Shown: positions 61,501 to 64,000 of the stretch, in pieces | How the letters are laid out: every line of letters starts with the position of its first letter | Position numbering within the stretch: the first letter of the stretch is position 1 | Assembly: GCF_964355755.1 (NCBI RefSeq) | Contig: NC_092676.1 | Span: 16,448,871-16,512,870 of the forward strand | DNA from: Antedon mediterranea | Taxonomy: Eukaryota > Animalia > Echinodermata | Direction of reading: 5' to 3' | DNA: 64,000 nt | Notes under the pieces: model-generated | The model's input: only the letters and a program-made list of their open reading frames with translations | Told to the model about the DNA's origin: nothing | Databases searched by the model: none | Translations under genes and position numbers: made by a program

Positions 61501-63276
61501 TGTAAACTTCTCTCTCTCTCATTATTTTATTTTATCACTGCTGTGTGCGTAAGTAGGCCGTGCCTACAACCAAAAATGGGTATAATAGCCTATAGTAGCG
61601 TAAATTTCCATTGATTAAATCCTATAGCTATGCGCAAATACAACCAACATGGATATTAGCGCAAAGTGGTGAACTTCCCATTGGAAGTGTGGTAGGGCCC
61701 AAGGAAAGCGGTAGATTGTTTTCTAAGGAGTTGCACAAACTATTGTTCAGATAAGAAACTATTCTAGGCCCTCCTAGTTAAAAACCTCTGATGTGTTACT
61801 GAAACATTCACGGAGACGGCAACAGTGAGTACTGTGTCCGTAATTGTTTGTATTTAAATACATTTAATTCACACTGTACAATGCATGCCATACCAATGAA
61901 AACATTTCAGCCACAGGTGTGGCGATGCAAAGCAGTTGAACAACCAATGATAACTACTGCATCCATTTTAGATAATTGACGAAGGCTAGGCTAGAAAGCT
62001 AGGCTATTCAAAAAGGCTATATGCTCTAAATTCGGAAGCAGAGAGTGAGAAGATCTAATGACGCGCACTACTGTATTACTATTATGGTTTTTTTCCGCAC
62101 TTGCACATCACTGTAAATAGAAATACAGAAAAATTTAGTTTAACATTAAACACAATTTTGTTTTCAAAACTACAAGTAGGCCTACAACGTTATGTTTTGT
62201 TAATTAAAATATTGTGTGTATGTCTACTCAACATTTTTATTCTTTTCCTTTCATAATGTTTCTTCGTTTTACTTGCATGGAATAGTCAAGACCTAACATG
62301 ATTATGCCTACTGTTTCTTTTATCAATTCTGTTTGTATTTTAAAACTACTAATGTATATCAAACCAGTTCTGTTTATCGTATGGAATGGATTTGGACTGG
62401 AATTAATGGAATGGACTCAAAATCAACACGTTTTGTACCTTTTGCGCATTCGTACGTACGTGGGAAATACAGGAAATGCGCGTCAATATTTGCGCGCCCG
62501 AAGATAGCACGCATTGTGCGTACATAGAAACACGTATCCCCGTGAAACAATTCACCACACAACAAATAATCATACTTACGAATTCGCTTAGTTGAGAACT
62601 ACACGTACGTACAAACTACGCCATTAAATTGCCTGTTTTCTTATCTTAAAGCACGGTTTGTCAACCAAACATTGGTAAGCAATACAAATCAGTTTTTTTT
62701 AATCATCGGTAGCATATTTATATATATTTTTAATTGCGGTAAAATGTGAATACTTATAGCCTAGTCTAGGTTCACCATCTAGGATTCAAAGGTTTATCTA
62801 GATGTCTTAAAATGTGTATAGGCCTAGTAATAGCCTAATGGCTATGTATTAGACTACTAGTAGAAGTTTAGTTAGTATTTAACTTAGTATAATGATGTCA
62901 GGCAATTTGTTAAAAATTAAATCGCACATTTATATTTGTATTTTTCGTTTGTACTCAGCACAGGTTAGATCAGTGCCAAGCCTGTGATAAGAACACGTCA
63001 TAGCTTAATTTAACACTATAGAATAGTTATAATAGGCCTAGTACAGTTATTCAGCATACAAATACACAACCGAATTCTTTTTTTATAGGCAACACATCTA
63101 CATTGTTGATTTTTCTTTTATTTTTTTTAAAGGCAGTTCAATAAAATTATTTAAAAAAAGTCAAATAGGCCTAAATTTTACAATTTTTAAAAAAAATTTC
63201 CATAATTGGGATTTCAATTCATATATTATTTATTTAATTCTATCATTTATGTTTTCAGCTTTCTTTTTGACCAAGG

Positions 63277-63335
63277 ATGGGTAGAAAAAAGAAAAATAAA
63301 GTTCACCCTAACGCCAATAAGCCCGCTGGATCAAG
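63277..63335 (+). CDS. Unidentified gene, first coding exon (MGRKKKNKVHPNANKPAGS)
   Basis: Acceptor ttttcag ends at 63258, ATG in good context, donor AAG|GTAAGC, phase 2. Confidence 0.6.
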
Positions 63336-63739
63336 GTAAGCCCAAAATGTAGCCCGCAGTCTGCTGACACAAGCCTCTCGATAATTGAACAGTTTCTACC
63401 CAAAATTTGAAGACGTCATTCAACATCTACAGTACATGTCAAAATTATTCTACGGTAGTCTCTGCAGTAAATATATATTTCATGAAGTAACACATTATTT
63501 TAGTTTACTTCAAAGTGTACGAGACAGTCACTACAATAAATAGTTTGATTACATTCCACCGACGCACCTCACACGAAAATGCTTTTTTTTTTTAAATAAT
63601 TGCATAAACAGTGAACAAAGTGTAGATACTGTAGCTGGAGTACAATAATTTTGGTTTAAAAAAACCAAATACAACATTTTTTTTAAAATAATAAAAGTCT
63701 TTCATTGTGTAATTTTAATTCTAATAATATTTATTGTAG

Positions 63740-64000
63740 AGAGGATAATGCATCATTTGCAAGCCGCTTCACAACCTTCATCTTTGGAATGTGCATGCTG
63801 AGGCAAGCACCAACAACTGACAGCTATGAGAAAGTTCAGAAAAAAGAACAAGGTTGTCAGACTTCCGGTGTCCAGAATCAGCAGGAGGCGACCACAAAGA
63901 AAGACGCTTGGTGCCAATACTCTTACGCAGATGGCAAGTCAACTCGAAATGCATCTGTTCAAACCAGATCAAAGCGAAAACGGAAAAAGTCGATTGTCAT
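63740..64000 (+). CDS. Unidentified gene, second coding exon, open to window end (EDNASFASRFTTFIFGMCMLRQAPT...)
   Basis: tgtag acceptor. The phase-2 join gives 86 stop-free codons and GC is higher than in the flanks. Confidence 0.6.

Overview
AT-rich animal (non-prokaryotic) genomic DNA with GT-AG introns. It is probably a marine invertebrate deuterostome, inferred from a Deu/Nin-type SINE and the gene content. Most of the window is one + strand gene, a TIAM1/Still-life (SIF)-family Rac GEF. I assembled 27 phase-consistent coding exons by hand (1500..55518, about 1742 aa) with the order WH1/EVH1, Ser-rich region, PH-CC-Ex, RBD, PDZ, DH, PH. Downstream are a convergent 3-exon MEI4-like gene on the - strand (59936..58745, about 340 aa) and the start of an unidentified + strand gene (63277 to window end). 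The introns carry many mobile elements. The most striking is a very young fold-back Penelope-like (GIY-YIG) insertion with 605-bp inverted arms, a 13-bp TSD, a hammerhead ribozyme motif in each arm and a retained 75-nt intron/tail. Others are a Helentron-type HINE with an internal 85-bp array, Deu/Nin-SINE copies, a CR1/L2-like LINE 3' end, several MITEs, a long mismatched palindrome, minisatellites and apparent DNA-transposon excision footprints. Coordinates were read by eye and family names come from recalled motifs, not database searches.
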